The translations under genes and the position numbers were made by a program. Positions 40,301 to 60,377 of a DNA stretch of 64,000 nt are shown here, in pieces. Source of the stretch: Octopus vulgaris (taxonomy: Eukaryota); NCBI GenBank assembly GCA_951406725.2, contig OX597828.1, forward strand, positions 44,578,001 to 44,642,000. The letters are read 5' to 3'. Positions within the stretch are counted from its first letter, which is position 1, and each line of letters starts with the position of its first letter. The notes under the pieces are model-generated. The model saw only the letters and a list, made by a program, of their open reading frames with translations, was not told the origin of the DNA and did not search any database.

Positions 40301-41643
40301 TATGTATATATGTATGTGGCAGGAGTGGCTGTGTGGTAAGTAGCTTGCTTACCAACCACATGGTTCCGGGTTCAGTCCCACTGCGTGGCACCTTGGGCAA
40401 GTGTCTTCTGCTATAGCCTCGGGCCGACCAAAGCCTTGTGAGTGGATTTGGTAGACGGAAACTGAAAGAAGCCCGTCGTATATATGTATATATATATATG
40501 TATATATGTATGTGGCAGGAGTGGCTTTGTGGTAAGTAGCTTGCTTACCAACCACATGGTTCCGGGTTCAGTCCCACTGCGTGGCACCTTGGGCAAGTGT
40601 CTTCTGCTATAGCCTCGGGCCGACCAAAGCCTTGTGAGTGGATTTGGTAGACGGAAACTGAAAGAAGCCCGTCGTATATATGTATATATATATATGTATA
40701 TATGTATGTGGCAGGAGTGGCTGTGTGGTAAGTAGCTTGCTTACCAACCACATGGTTCCGGGTTCAGTCCCACTGCGTGGCACCTTGGGCAAGTGTCTTC
40801 TGCTATAGCCTCGGGCCGACCAAAGCCTTGTGAGTGGATTTGGTAGACGGAAACTGAAAGAAGCCCGTCGTATATATGTATATATATATATGTATATATG
40901 TATGTGGCAGGAGTGGCTGTGTGGTAAGTAGCTTGCTTACCAACCACATGGTTCCGGGTTCAGTCCCACTGCGTGGCACCTTGGGCAAGTGTCTTCTGCT
41001 ATAGCCTCGGGCCGACCAAAGCCTTGTGAGTGGATTTGGTAGACGGAAACTGAAAGAAGCCCGTCGTATATATGTATATATATATATGTATATATGTATG
41101 TGGCAGGAGTGGCTGTGTGGTAAGTAGCTTGCTTACCAACCACATGGTTCCGGGTTCAGTCCCACTGCGTGGCACCTTGGGCAAGTGTCTTCTGCTATAG
41201 CCTCGGGCCGACCAAAGCCTTGTGAGTGGATTTGGTAGACGGAAACTGAAAGAAGCCCGTCGTATATATGTATATATATATATGTATATATGTATGTGGC
41301 AGGAGTGGCTGTGTGGTAAGTAGCTTGCTTACCAACCACATGGTTCCGGGTTCAGTCCCACTGCGTGGCACCTTGGGCAAGTGTCTTCTGCTATAGCCTC
41401 GGGCCGACCAAAGCCTTGTGAGTGGATTTGGTAGACGGAAACTGAAAGAAGCCCGTCGTATATATGTATATATATATATGTATATATGTATGTGGCAGGA
41501 GTGGCTGTGTGGTAAGTAGCTTGCTTACCAACCACATGGTTCCGGGTTCAGTCCCACTGCGTGGCACCTTGGGCAAGTGTCTTCTGCTATAGCCTCGGGC
41601 CGACCAAAGCCTTGTGAGTGGATTTGGTAGACGGAAACTGAAA
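37377..41643 (+). repeat. 196-bp satellite made of SINE family A 5' halves, 22 units
   Basis: ORF track repeats every 196 bp (one 195-bp unit). Unit is tRNA-like head, CORE-like segment and TA/TATG spacer; last unit truncated. Confidence 0.97.
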
Positions 41644-41704
41644 TGTACAAACGAATGAACAAACAAACAAACTTTACTTTTTATAAGGATAAAGATATAC
41701 ATAC

Positions 41705-41917
41705 TCTTTTACTCTCTCTTTTACTTGTTTCAGTCATTTGACTGCGGCCATGCTGGAGCACCGCCTTTAGTCGAGCAAATCGACCCCGGGACTTATTCTT
41801 TTGTAAGCCCAGTATTTATTCTATCGGTCTCTTTTGCCGAACCGCTAAGTGATGGAGACGTAAACACACCAGCATCGGTTGTCAAGCAATGCTAGGGGGA
41901 CAAACACAGACACACAA

Positions 41918-41954
<37 letters not shown>

Positions 41955-42125
41955 CATATATACGACAGGCTTCTTTCAGTTTCTGTCTACCAAATCCACT
42001 CACAAGGCATTGGTCGGCTCGGGGCTATAGCAGAAGACACTTGCCCAAGATGCCACGCAGTGGGACTGAACCCGGAACCATGTGGTTGGTTAGGAAGCTA
42101 CTTACCAAACAGCCACTCCTGCGCC
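41705..42125 (-). mobile_element. Full-length SINE family A copy, inverted relative to the satellite
   Basis: Reverse complement of the head at about 41960-42125 and of the tail at 41705-41900. Confidence 0.9.
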
Positions 42126-43068
42126 TATCATTGCCATCATCATCATTATCATCAGTCATCATCTTTTAACCTGTCTTCCATGCTGGTTTAGGTTGGGCAG
42201 CATAACAGGATCTGATGCATTGGAGGGCTGTGCCATGTCTGCTTTGCCATGGTTTCTGTAGCTGGATATCCACCTTAAGAGTGGAGGCGCAATGGCCCAG
42301 TGGTTAGGGCAGCGGACTCGCGGTCGTAGGATCGCGGTTTCGATTCCCAGACCGGGCGTTGTGAGTGTTTATTGAGCGAAAACACCTAAAGCTCCACGAG
42401 GCTCTGGCAGGGGATGGTGGTGATCCCTGCTGTACTCTTTCACCACAACTTTCTCTCACTCTTACTTCCTGTTTCTGTTTTACCTGTATTTCAAAGGGTC
42501 CGCCTTGTCACTATCTGTGTCACGCTGAATATCCCCGAGAACTACGTTAAGGGTACACGTGTCTGTGGAGTGCTCAGCCACTTACACGTTAATTTCACGA
42601 GCAGGCTGTTCCGTTGATCGGATCAACCGGAACCCTCGTCGTCGTAACCGTCGGACTGCTTCCATCATCCACCTTAAGGACAACTACTTCACAGAATATA
42701 TTGATTGCTTTATTTGTGGCACCAGCACTATATATCTTATTGTTCTTTTATGCATTTCAGCCCCGAAAGGCCATAACCAAGCTGCAGCACATCATAGATA
42801 TACACAAACGCAGGGAGACGAGTCTTTTGTCTTTATGTTCCTTTGAAGTTCCCGTGTTAGTTAAGATCTACAGAAGTTTCCGAAAAGGTCCAGGAAAGAA
42901 TTATCTTCATAACCTCAGAGACATCCTTTGTCGATGGATATATAATTTGCATGTACCTTTAAAATTGAAATTAATTAAAACTCTCTGTAGAACCATGGTG
43001 CCAATATTCTGCAGAAATTTCAAAGGAATATATATACACATACATACATTGATGCATGCACCCACACA

Positions 43069-43112
<44 letters not shown>

Positions 43113-43159
43113 TATATACACACACACATATATATATATATATCTATCTACACATATAT

Positions 43160-43204
<45 letters not shown>

Positions 43205-43782
43205 TAGACACATACTAACCAAAAATTCCTCAGTCAAAAAATGCTAAAAAGCCCTGAAATCATGATTATATCAAAACCAGAACCAACAACTATCAGAACA
43301 GCAATAATACTTTCTAAAGAGAAAATTCCAAAGAGGATAGAATGGTAGAGAGAGAGAGAGAGAGAGAGAGGAATTTTCGATAACAAGCCAAAATATATTG
43401 GCGGCAAGAATTCTAATGCTATTTATGTTAGACTATAGTGATTTTATTCAGACAATGTTGCATGAAGAATTTGGTATTCATTGTGACATAATTTGGTAAA
43501 ATTTCCTGGAAGAAATGGAACAATTGAACACAAAGAAATATATTGCTTTGTTAAAGAATTTGATTTTTTTTTATCTGTTTTGTTAATCTTCTTTTTTTTT
43601 TCCCTACAGAGTGCAGAGTTTAACCTCTTTGATATGTATGTATGCATGTATGTATGTATGTATGTATGTATGTATGTGCATACGTACATATGTATGTAAG
43701 TATGTAAGTATGTAAGTATGTAAGTATGTAAGTATGTACGTGTGTATGTATGTATGAATGTATTTGTAAATACATATATACA

Positions 43783-43839
<57 letters not shown>

Positions 43840-44307
43840 GTATGTATGCATGCATGCATGCATGCATGTATGTATGTATGTATGTATGTATGTATGAATG
43901 TATTTGTAAATATATATATACATACATATATATATATATATACATACAGTATATATATATCTATACACTCTATCTAACTATCAATACCTATATATCTATA
44001 TGTGTGTGTGTGTGTGTGTAGATATACATACAAGCATATATATATACACACACACACATACTAAAATACATATATATATATATATAAACATATATATTTT
44101 ATATGTATATATGTGAATATATATATGCCTCTGTGCATCTGTGTGTGTGTGTATGCACGTGTGTGTGTGCATGTGTGTGTACCTATGTGCACATGTGTAT
44201 GCTTGCCTGGCCTTATGTTTCTTTTTATTCTTGAACAAATTTGATTTTCAAATTGATTGTTTGTATGTAAATGCATTCAGTTGTATGACTGTGTATATTT
44301 CCGTTAC

Positions 44308-44461
<154 letters not shown>

Positions 44462-45182
44462 TTAAATAAGCTCCATTAAATAAGAACTGACGCAGAAATT
44501 GTCCCAAATGAATGCATACGGTTTTTGAGAAGACCAATACTTAACAGAAAGCTTGCTCTGTTTCACTTGCAAAACTTTTCAGTATCCATAAATTTTAGAA
44601 TCTCTTCAGATAAACATGTATGTAAATATGGAAAAAAAAAAATGTTCTCTTTAGTTCAGTGTGTATAGACAAAGTGAAAGGGTAAAGGGTCACATCTTTT
44701 AGTTTATGGATTCATAAACTTTTATGGTGTTTCATTGGTTACGATAACAAAAAATTTACTTTGATACACTTATTTGACAAATTGATCATATGCTAATCAC
44801 AACTTTAGTCAGGCTCCCATTCTGAACACATGCTCATCAAATATATTTTGGTGAATCTTTCATTGGCATCTTTAGTCATTAGGTTTCTGTTTTAGTCAAC
44901 AGACTGTGGCCATAGTGGGGCACCATCTTGAAGAAATTTTAGTTGAATGAATTGACTCCCACCAAGACTTATTTTTTCTTTTTTAAACCTATTGGACTTT
45001 TTCACCAAACAGTAAAGTTACAGGGACATAAACACACCAACACCGGTTGTCAAGCAGTGGTGGAGGACAAACACAGACAGAAACACACACACACACACTC
45101 AAGCACACCCACACACACACATACACACGCACTCACAAAATGGTCTTCTTTCAGTTTGTGTCTACCAAAGATGCACCTATAT

Positions 45183-45213
<31 letters not shown>

Positions 45214-46559
45214 CATACACCTATACATATATATATATGCACTTGTATATATATATATATATATATATACACACCTATATATATATGCACCTATATATAT
45301 ATATATATGCACACACACACACATACAATGGTCTTCTTCCAGTTTTCATTTTCCAAATCCATTCAAAAGGATTTGGGTTGGCCTAAGTAGAAGACACTTG
45401 CTCAAGGTGCCATTCAATTGAGGAATTGAGCCTGATTGAATAATTACCAGACTTTCCAAGTAACAGGGGTCAGTCAGTTCAACTGTAACTCTTTAAGGTG
45501 GTGCCCCAACATGGCCACAGTGTAAACGAATGTAGCGAGTGAATGGTAAAAGATATAAAATGGGGTAGGTTAAACTTTGCTGTGGGTTTGTATGTTTGAT
45601 GGTGATGTGGCCCTTGCATCCTTTCCCTGAATAAGGGAACAAACTACAACAATGGGCAACAACAACAACAGCAATTAGGACAACAATAACAACAACAACA
45701 ACAACAACGGTAACAGCAACAACAAGGTGCAGGAGTGGGCTGTGTGGTAAGTAGCTTGCTTACCAACCACATGGTTCCGGGTTCAGTCCCACTGCGTGGC
45801 ACCTTGGGCAAGTGTCTTCTACTATAGCCTCGGGCCGACCAAAGCCTTGTGAGTGGATTTGGTAGATGGAAACTGAAAGAAGCCTGTTGTATGTATACAC
45901 ATATATATATATATATGTAAGTGTGTGTGTATATGTTTGTGTATCTGTTTTTGTCCCCCACCCCCACCCAACATTGCTTGACAACCGATGTTGGTGTGTT
46001 TACATCCCTGTAACTTAGCTGTTCGGCAAAAGAGACCGATAGAATAAGTACTAGGTTTACAAAGAATAAGTCCTGGGGGAGGGGTCGATTTGCTCGACTA
46101 AAAAGGTGGTCCTGCAGCATGGCCGCAGTCAAATGACTGAAACTAGTAAAAGAGTAAAAAAGAGAGAGAGTAAGAGTAACAATGACGACACCGATAACAA
46201 CAACAACAACAACAACAACAACAGCAGCAGCAACAACTGCAACACCAATTGTAATTTAAAGAAGTCAGTTTGTTTGAAAGCGGAACAAACAGGCAAAGAG
46301 ATTCCTACAGAGTCTATTGTTTAGATTCAAATGTAATAGGATTCGGGGGTGGGGTGGGGGTAGTGGTGGTGGTGGAAGTGGTGGTGGTGGTGATGGTGGT
46401 GGCGGTGGTGGTGGTGGTGGTGGTGGTGGTGTTGAGAACGGTGTGGAATGACCAAAATAATAGAATTTCGGATTGGATGCTTTGGCATTATAATGGTCAA
46501 ATGATTTAAGAATTAGCAGCATGTCGTGAATATCGGAGAAATAAAATGGAAATACGGAA

Positions 46560-47500
46560 ACAACAACAACAACAACAACAACAGTGGCGGCGGCAGCAGC
46601 AGCAGTGGCAGCAGCAGCAGTGGCAGCAGCAGCAGTGGCAGCAGCAGCAGTGGCAGCAGCAGCAGTGGCAGCAGCAGCAGCAGCTGTAGTAGTGATGACA
46701 ATGACAACAGCAACAACAAGCACAACAACAACAACCACCACTATCCCCACCACTACTACCACTACCACCACCATCATTGCTGTCACTATAACAATAACTA
46801 CAACAACATCGATGACAACCACCACCACCACCACCACTACTACCAACCCCAATGCAAACATGACCACCACCACCTCCACCATCACAACCATGACCACCAC
46901 CATCATCATCATCATCACTACCACCACAAAACCACCACCACCTCCACCATCACGACCACGACCACCATCATCATCATCGTCACCAACACCACTACCACCA
47001 CCACTACTACTACCACCACCATCATTGCTGTCACTATAACAATAACTACAACATCAATGACAACCACTACCACCTCTACGACAAACCCCAATGCAAACAC
47101 GACCACCACCACCTCCACCATCACGACCACGACAACCATCACCATCATCGTCATCATCATCACTACCACCACAAAACACAACCACCACAATGACGACGAT
47201 GATGACAATCATCACCACCACCGCCACAACCACTACCACCACCACTGCCGCCGCCACAACTACTACCACCACCACAACCACAACCATTACCACCACCACC
47301 ATCGCCACAACCACTACCACCACCACCACCACCACCGCCGCCACAACTACTACCACCACAACTACCACCACCACCACCACCACCACCACCACCACCACCA
47401 CCACCACCACCACCCAAGCATGACAATGATGACCGCTCCAACCACAACCATCAACATCATGTCCATCACAACAACCACAATCATCAACAACATCAACAAC
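46560..47500. repeat. Cryptic CAC/CAA/CAG trinucleotide region with internal duplication of about 250 bp
   Basis: CCATCATTGCTGTCACTATAACAATAACTACAACA...AACCCCAATGCAAACA occurs near 46770 and 47020. Confidence 0.85.
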
Positions 47501-48321
47501 ATCAAAATAAACTGAATGGTGAAAATTTTCTGTTCAACCAATTGAGTTGGTAATAAATTGAGAAAATCGAAAATAATCGCAAAATGGGAATCAATTCTAA
47601 TTAAATGTCAGTCTTTGCAAACTTGAAACCTGGAATTGCCAAATTATTTTCTGTTTAAGTCTTTGAGGCTTTTGTAAATCAAATTCTTCAGCAGTTTCGA
47701 ATTATAATGTTTTAAAAGAAATAAAGAAATTTCAACTTGTGTTTCCGATAAAAATGTTGGCAGCTATGTTCCATTGTGTTGTTCCAGAAATAAAACCAAT
47801 ATTTCTGAAATAGCAATCACTGTGGAAGCCTCTCATGAGGTCATTCAATCCTGCTGGAAATTGCAGCCAATTCTTTCCCTAATCACATAGGAATTCTATC
47901 TATCTATCTATCTAAGGGAAGTTTTGTCTAGTGAATGTCTCAAAAAAAGATGGGCGAATGTAGCAAGGATGGCACATGTGAATGACGGTGCCACCTTGAG
48001 CATAATTCTATGAACCAAAGAAAAAGAAAGGAAAAAGAGAGTTACTTACTGAAATTTTTTTTTGTTTTGTGTGACATTATTGCCCAAGGTTACCATGGTC
48101 TTTTCCGTAGGCTTTTCTTTCCATGGATAAAACTAATCTTTTTCCCCCTTTTTGCATTGGCATTTCTGTGATACGTGACCCCTATTGATTGGCTTTTTTT
48201 CCCCACAATCCCTTTTGATAAAAATTCGACCGACTTTTTTTGCTCTTCTTCCTAAAAAGAAAAGCTCTACTTTGTATTTTGTCCCCTCTGTGTTCAGCCC
48301 TGTGTGGCCAATAAAGAAACA

Positions 48322-48373
<52 letters not shown>

Positions 48374-48920
48374 CATCTGTCTGACTTGCTACCCTGGACT
48401 GATGACGGGCAAGACTCGCATGTCTTCAAGTGCTAATCCTAGCTGGTGGGGGTGCTTGCCTCCCCTTTGCAAATATAAGGACACAGGAAATGTGTCAAAG
48501 CCAACAGGAAGCGTCGATGCTTCCTAGGGCTAAACAGCGGTGGTGTAATTCCCTTTACGGGACTGTCACGTTGAGTTGACAGTATACAACCACTCTATCA
48601 CTCCACCACCACTCATGTCTCTCTGAGACATTTAGAAATTCAATATTTCTAATGTATATATATATATATATATATATAAATTTGAATAATAAGAGTGAAA
48701 AATTGAATATTAATTTGATTACTATCAATTTAAAACAGTAGCCTTGCATATTGAAAAATCTGAAGATTCAGAAAAATTATATTACATACATATAAGGGGG
48801 ATGACCACTAAGTGGACATCTGCTATGCTAGAGGTAGAACCCATATGGTCTGACCACTAAGAAAAGATTGTTCTCAAGAAAATTCATCAAAATAAAGTAG
48901 TCATCCCTCTAATACGTATG

Positions 48921-48956
<36 letters not shown>

Positions 48957-49373
48957 GGGCTTCTTTCAGTTTCCATCTACCAAATCCACTCATAAGGCTT
49001 TGGTCAGCTCAAGGCTAAAGTAGAAAATGCTTGTTCAACGTTCCATGCCATGGGAATGAACCCGGAACCATATGGTTGAGAAGCAAGCTTTTTACCACAC
49101 AGCCACACATGCATCTATATTTATTTAAAGAATCTCAGAAAATCTTTGGAATGTCTTACAAACCTTCTTTGTGCTGCTAATAGAGTGGATTTAAAAGGTG
49201 CTCATGAATTATTAGCACACTGGACAAAATGCATTGAAGTTTTCTTCTGATTTTAGGTTGTGTGTTCAAATCCTGCTGAGGATGACTTTGCCTTTACAGT
49301 AATATTCACATTAAAAGGTGACCCTTGCAGCAATACTTACAATGAAATGACAAGGTTAAAATAAAAACAGACA

Positions 49374-49412
<39 letters not shown>

Positions 49413-49826
49413 TCTTTATTACCCACAAGGGGCTAAACATAGAGGGGACAAACAAGGGCAGACAAACGGAATAATCGATTACATCGACCCCAGTACTTAA
49501 CTGGTACTTAATTTATCGACCCCGAAAGGATGAAAGGCAAAGTCGACCTCTAAAGTAAGGGTGGCTTATTCACAATATATAACCTTTCGGTTATATATAT
49601 TTCCTTACTACCCACAAGGGGCTAAACACAGAGGGGACAAACAAAGACAGACGTAGGTATTAAGTCGATTACATCGACCCCAGTGCGTAACTGGTACTTA
49701 ATTTATCGACCCCGAAAGGATGAAAGGCAAAGTCGACCTCGGCGGAATTTGAACTCAGAACGTAGCGGCAGACGAAATACTGCTAGGCATTTCGCCCGGC
49801 GCGCTAACGTGTCTGCCAGCTCGCCG

Positions 49827-49965
<139 letters not shown>

Positions 49966-50569
49966 GGAGTAAACACATAAATGTGAAACAAGGTGGAAAA
50001 AAGAGTACTCAAATACCAAGGGTAGAGTAATATGCTTTATTTAAAAGCAGCAGAAATTCAACAAAACCTGTTACTCGGAGTATATATATATATAAATATA
50101 TCACGTGATCACGTGACCGACCAGTCCATCAGATGTAGTTACACATCGCTGGTCACAATGCGTTCACATTGTTTTAGCCTTCGAATGACGCCACCCTGCT
50201 GGCTAAGCGAGCAGGCCAACAGAAGAAAGATTGAGAGAAAGAGTGGTGAAAGAGTACAGCAGGGATCACCACCCCCTGCCGGAGCCTCGTGAAGCTTTTT
50301 TTAGGTGTTTTCGCTCAATAAACACTCACAATGCCCAGTCTGGAAATCGAAAGCGCGATCCTACGACCACGAGTCCGCTGCCCTAACCACTGGGCCATTG
50401 CGCCTCCATATATAATATATATATACATGTCACAAACTTATGACTGATGACGGAAAACTCTAATGATCAAATTCTGTTGATTAAATTTGCATAAATAAAA
50501 GTCACTAATAACGAAAGAGGTAAGAAAGAAGATAACATAGTTTAATATCCTGATGATGCGGCTGTGGTA

Positions 50570-51420
50570 GTCTGGATATGTTGATGCAAATGTAAATGTA
50601 CCACCATGCTTTTTGGGAGGAGAAACCCAGCGTCCACCTACTCCCTCCACAACACTAATCTCAAAAAGTCTTCATGTGAACGTGACCTGGGTGTTATTGT
50701 TGACAGTGATTTGTGTTGGACAAAACACATCGCTAAAATTGTCAAGAAGGCTGAGGGTGTCTTGGCATCACTCACCAAATCCTTTGTGAGCCGCTCTCCG
50801 ACTATCTATCTGCGGCTTTATATAGCTATGGTAAGACCTCACCTGGAATTTGCATCACCGGTCTGGAACCCCTATCTTGCCCAGGATATCAATCGTCTGG
50901 AAGCTGTTCAGTGATGTGCAGCCAAAAGAATACCCTCCATCAGGCATTTGCCATATCCTGAATGCCTTACTTCCCTGGGCATGGACACATTGAAACTCCA
51001 ATGTCTGGCAGCTGACTTGGCAGACACCCATAAAATTATTAACCATCTTACAAACAATAACACTGAGCACCTTTTCAAACTCCACCCGTCTAACACCTGT
51101 GGACATATTTACAAAGTCAGAAAACAGCACAGCTCCCATGACTTTAGGAAACATTTTTTCACGCTGAGAGTTGCTGAAGCATGGAACAAACTGCCGGCAT
51201 CAGTTGTTAGTTGTCGGAGCACTGCATCCTTCAAAACTTCCATGCTTTCTGAGATTCGCCAACACTACACCTGATTTTCTCCCCTCCACACACACGCAAG
51301 CATGTATCTGACTCATACATTGTTTGCTTTCCAGACATTTGTACATTACTGCATATACTCTATACGCACTTTCTGACAAGTTGTGGTGCACTGTATACAA
51401 TAATTTCATTATTATTATTA
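50570..51420 (+). mobile_element. 5'-truncated CR1-type LINE (ORF2 C-terminus and 3' UTR)
   Basis: ERDLGVIVD, LYIAMVRPHLEFASPVWNPY, FRKHFFTLRVAEAWNKLP; premature stop at 50912-50914; (ATT)n tail. Confidence 0.9.
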
Positions 51421-51799
51421 AATGGTTTTAAAAACATTCGCAGGACACTTATAGATTGGTTTCATAAAGAATATGAGAAATTACAAATTAAGCTGGAACA
51501 TAGTAGTATTTTAATATAACACACACACACAAAAATATATACATACATATATACATGTACATGTATATGTAAATGGGTGTATAAAACGAAAGTAATACAG
51601 AAATGAAAATAAATCCTTAAGTGTTCACCTGAGTTATCTCCCCACTCCCATAATGCACCTGACTGTTTGTATAACTCCTATTTCCATTTACAATGTACAT
51701 AAGTTGTTTAATAAGGTTTCATGACCAATATTACGTCACTTTGACATAATTTTATGGAACAAGTTATAGGAAATCTAGTTGATTGTATCATATTCTACA

Positions 51800-57385
<5,586 letters not shown>

Positions 57386-57629
57386 AGCTTAGAAGAATTA
57401 AATGCTTCAGACTGAAAAAAGGGGGAAGGAAAAAAAAGAAAGGAGGAAGGACTGGTTTGTGGTGTGTGTTTGTTAACAAGGAGAGACGTTTGTAAAAGAG
57501 TTGGTTGACATGGTTTATGCTATTGATTGGTTAGCGAGTACTACAACACAGACAGACACCGGGCGAAGTGACAGAGCGAAGGGGAAGGTGGTGGTGGTGG
57601 TGGTGGTGGTGGTGATGGTAAGTGGAATG

Positions 57630-57972
57630 CAGTTTCAAACACCTGGTCTGACTGGAAATGCTTTCTTTAGTTGCTTTTATATGTTATTTATGTCTTTTAA
57701 TAATTCTTTAGGGAAAACAGGCTGCTTGCACTCATACCTGCATAAACTATCAACTTCCTCTTCATATTTACAAGGGGTCGCTGTAAATTTATTGGCTTTA
57801 GTGGTTTCGTGAATGTCCTGGTTGGAGGCCCAAACTTCCAAATTCTTATATAGGGCTTGGAAAAACTGAAGTGCGATAAGTGTGCAAATCTGAGAGGGAA
57901 ATGTGTTCAATAAAATCATAATTAACGGATACTCCCGTATTTTCAAACCAGGAACTTTCCAGGACACCCTTA
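57630..57972 (-). mobile_element. Probable mariner-derived MITE end
   Basis: Ends CCAGGAACTTTCCAGGACACCCTTA, resembling a mariner TIR; the other TIR was not found. Confidence 0.45.
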
Positions 57973-58040
57973 TGTGTATATGTATACATATATGTGTGTG
58001 GGTGTGTATATCATCATTATCATCAATATATACATATATA

Positions 58041-58084
<44 letters not shown>

Positions 58085-58217
58085 ACAATTTAATAAATAA
58101 AACACATGCATACATACATACATATATGTACATACCTACATCTATATGTTTATATACATGCATATATGGGTACAGGACACCACAAATAAACATAGAACAC
58201 AACAAGAAACGAAAACA

Positions 58218-58248
<31 letters not shown>

Positions 58249-58308
58249 AAGAAGAAGAAGAAGAAGAAGAAGAAGAAGAAGAAGAAGAACAACAACAACA
58301 ACAACAAC

Positions 58309-58340
<32 letters not shown>

Positions 58341-58439
58341 CAACAACACTAATGGCAGCCCCAGCACACCAGTGGCCAGAACATATCCAAGTCCAGTGCC
58401 AACTGAAGCTGCACCAATAATGTGAGCATAACCAACACC

Positions 58440-58770
58440 CAAGCCTAGAAATAGATTGGGTCAGCTGGGACAGCCTTCAAAGGATGCTTCTACAACCACA
58501 AGCCCTCTTTCAGGATTCCAGAAAGATGATTCATCACATCCCTGGCTTGCTATGTGTGGAGCCTCAAAGATGAAGAGCTCCCATATAATATCAAATAGAC
58601 AATCTTAAAGCAGTCAGGACCCTACATTAATATGAGTGAATGCTGCATGCTTTGTATATAGCTGAATGAGCAAGGTTACTCAAAGACTCCCTGAAACCTG
58701 GATCGCTGAAGACTTGCCAGGAAATTTACAGTCCTTGCATCCATTTCAAACGCTACCTGCTGCAAACTCA
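58440..58770 (+). pseudogene. Degraded Penelope-type GIY-YIG endonuclease fragment
   Basis: Manual translation K*IGSAGTAFKGCFYNHKPSFRIPER*FITSLACYVWSLKDEELPYNIK*TILKQSGPYINMSECCMLCI*, then SLKTCQEIYSPCIHFKRYLL; fits the recalled YIG...FKxRxxNHxxSF...LSxYxWxLK...CxLC...CxH pattern. Confidence 0.78.
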
Positions 58771-58984
58771 GGATTCCTCATTCTCTGATCAGACCTGTAA
58801 GAGTCCTTACCATCTGAGAGCAGCCAAAGACAAAATCCCCTGTTCCACTTCTTTTGACCCCCCTCCCCCCCCAAACTGGTCTAATGGAGATAATCCATCT
58901 TCACAAACCCTGGACTATTTATTCTTTGGTGAATTACTGACCAAATCACCATAATGGATTTGGTATGTGTGTGTGTATGTGTGT

Positions 58985-59027
<43 letters not shown>

Positions 59028-59416
59028 TGTGTATGTGTGTGTGTGTGTGTGTGTGTATGTGTGTGTATGTGTGTGTGTGTGTATGAAGAGTTACTTTTGT
59101 CTTCAGCTTTAGAGTCTGACAAGACGTTCACGGGGCTAAGCCCTTTGTGGGTGCAAAACCATCGGTCACTCAGTGGTCAAACATACACTTAACAACTAAT
59201 GAATACATTACTGCTCTATGCTTTAGTGTGTGCTTCTTCTTTGGACATGTGATACACTGACCATATAAACAATTAATCAAAGAATATCACAATGAAGACC
59301 CTGAAGAAACTGCACCAGTATTACAGGAGGGTTGCAGCTGAAATGGTTACTAATCGATGCAATAGAAACATGTGTAGATCTATATCAAGCTGTATATATA
59401 TATATATATATATACA

Positions 59417-59460
<44 letters not shown>

Positions 59461-59463
59461 CAC

Positions 59464-59494
<31 letters not shown>

Positions 59495-60184
59495 GCGCAG
59501 GAGTGGCTGTGTGGTAAGTAGCTTGCTTACCAACCTCATGGTTCCGGGTTCAGTCCCACTGCATAGCACCTTGGCCAAGTGTCTTCTACTATAGCCTCGG
59601 GCCGACCAAAGCCTTGTGAGTGGATTTGGCAGACAGAAACTGAAAGAAGCCCGTCGTATATATGTATATATATATGTGTGTGTGTATGTGTGTATATGTT
59701 TGGGTGTCTGTGTTTGTCCCCCTAGCATCGCTCGACAATCGATGGTGGTGTGTTTATGTCCCCGTTACTTAGCAGTTCGGCAAAAGACTGATAGAATAAG
59801 TACTAGGCTTACAAAGAATAAGTCCTGGGGTCGATTTGCTCGACTAAAAGGCGGTGTTCCAGCATGGCCACAGTTAAATGAATGAAACAAGTAAAAGAGT
59901 AAAGAGAGTAAACACACACACACATACACACCATACACATGTAGATTTCAGACATATATACTCTTTTACTCTTTTACTCTTTTACTTATTTCAGTCATTT
60001 GACTGCGGCCATGCTGGAGCACCACCTTTAGGCGAGCATATCGACCCCGGGACTTATTCTTTGTAAGCCCAGTACTTATTCTATTGGTCTCTTTTTGCCA
60101 AATCGCTAAGTGATGGGGACGTAAACACACCATCATAGGTTGTCAAGCAATGCTAGGAGGACAAACACAGACACACAAACACAT

Positions 60185-60231
<47 letters not shown>

Positions 60232-60377
60232 TACGACAGGCTTCTTTCAGTTTCCGTCTACCAAATCCACTTACAAGGCATTGGTCAGCCCAGGGCTATA
60301 GCAGAAGATACTTGCCCAAGATGCCACGCAGTGGGACTGAACCCGGAAACATGTGGCTGGTTAGCAAGCTACTTACC

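Noticed and set aside
37377-41643. CRISPR-like array or tandem 61/68-aa gene family
   Set aside because: Units are identical throughout with no unique spacers and no cas genes; the ORFs are antisense readings of a SINE.
43575-43640. Strong + strand acceptor (also one near 24528)
   Set aside because: Followed by only a few codons or microsatellite; no recognisable exon partner.
46526-47515. 329-aa N/S/H/T-rich ORF
   Set aside because: Cryptic trinucleotide repeat open in several frames, with no unique protein segment or splice sites, unlike the YTHDC2 tail.
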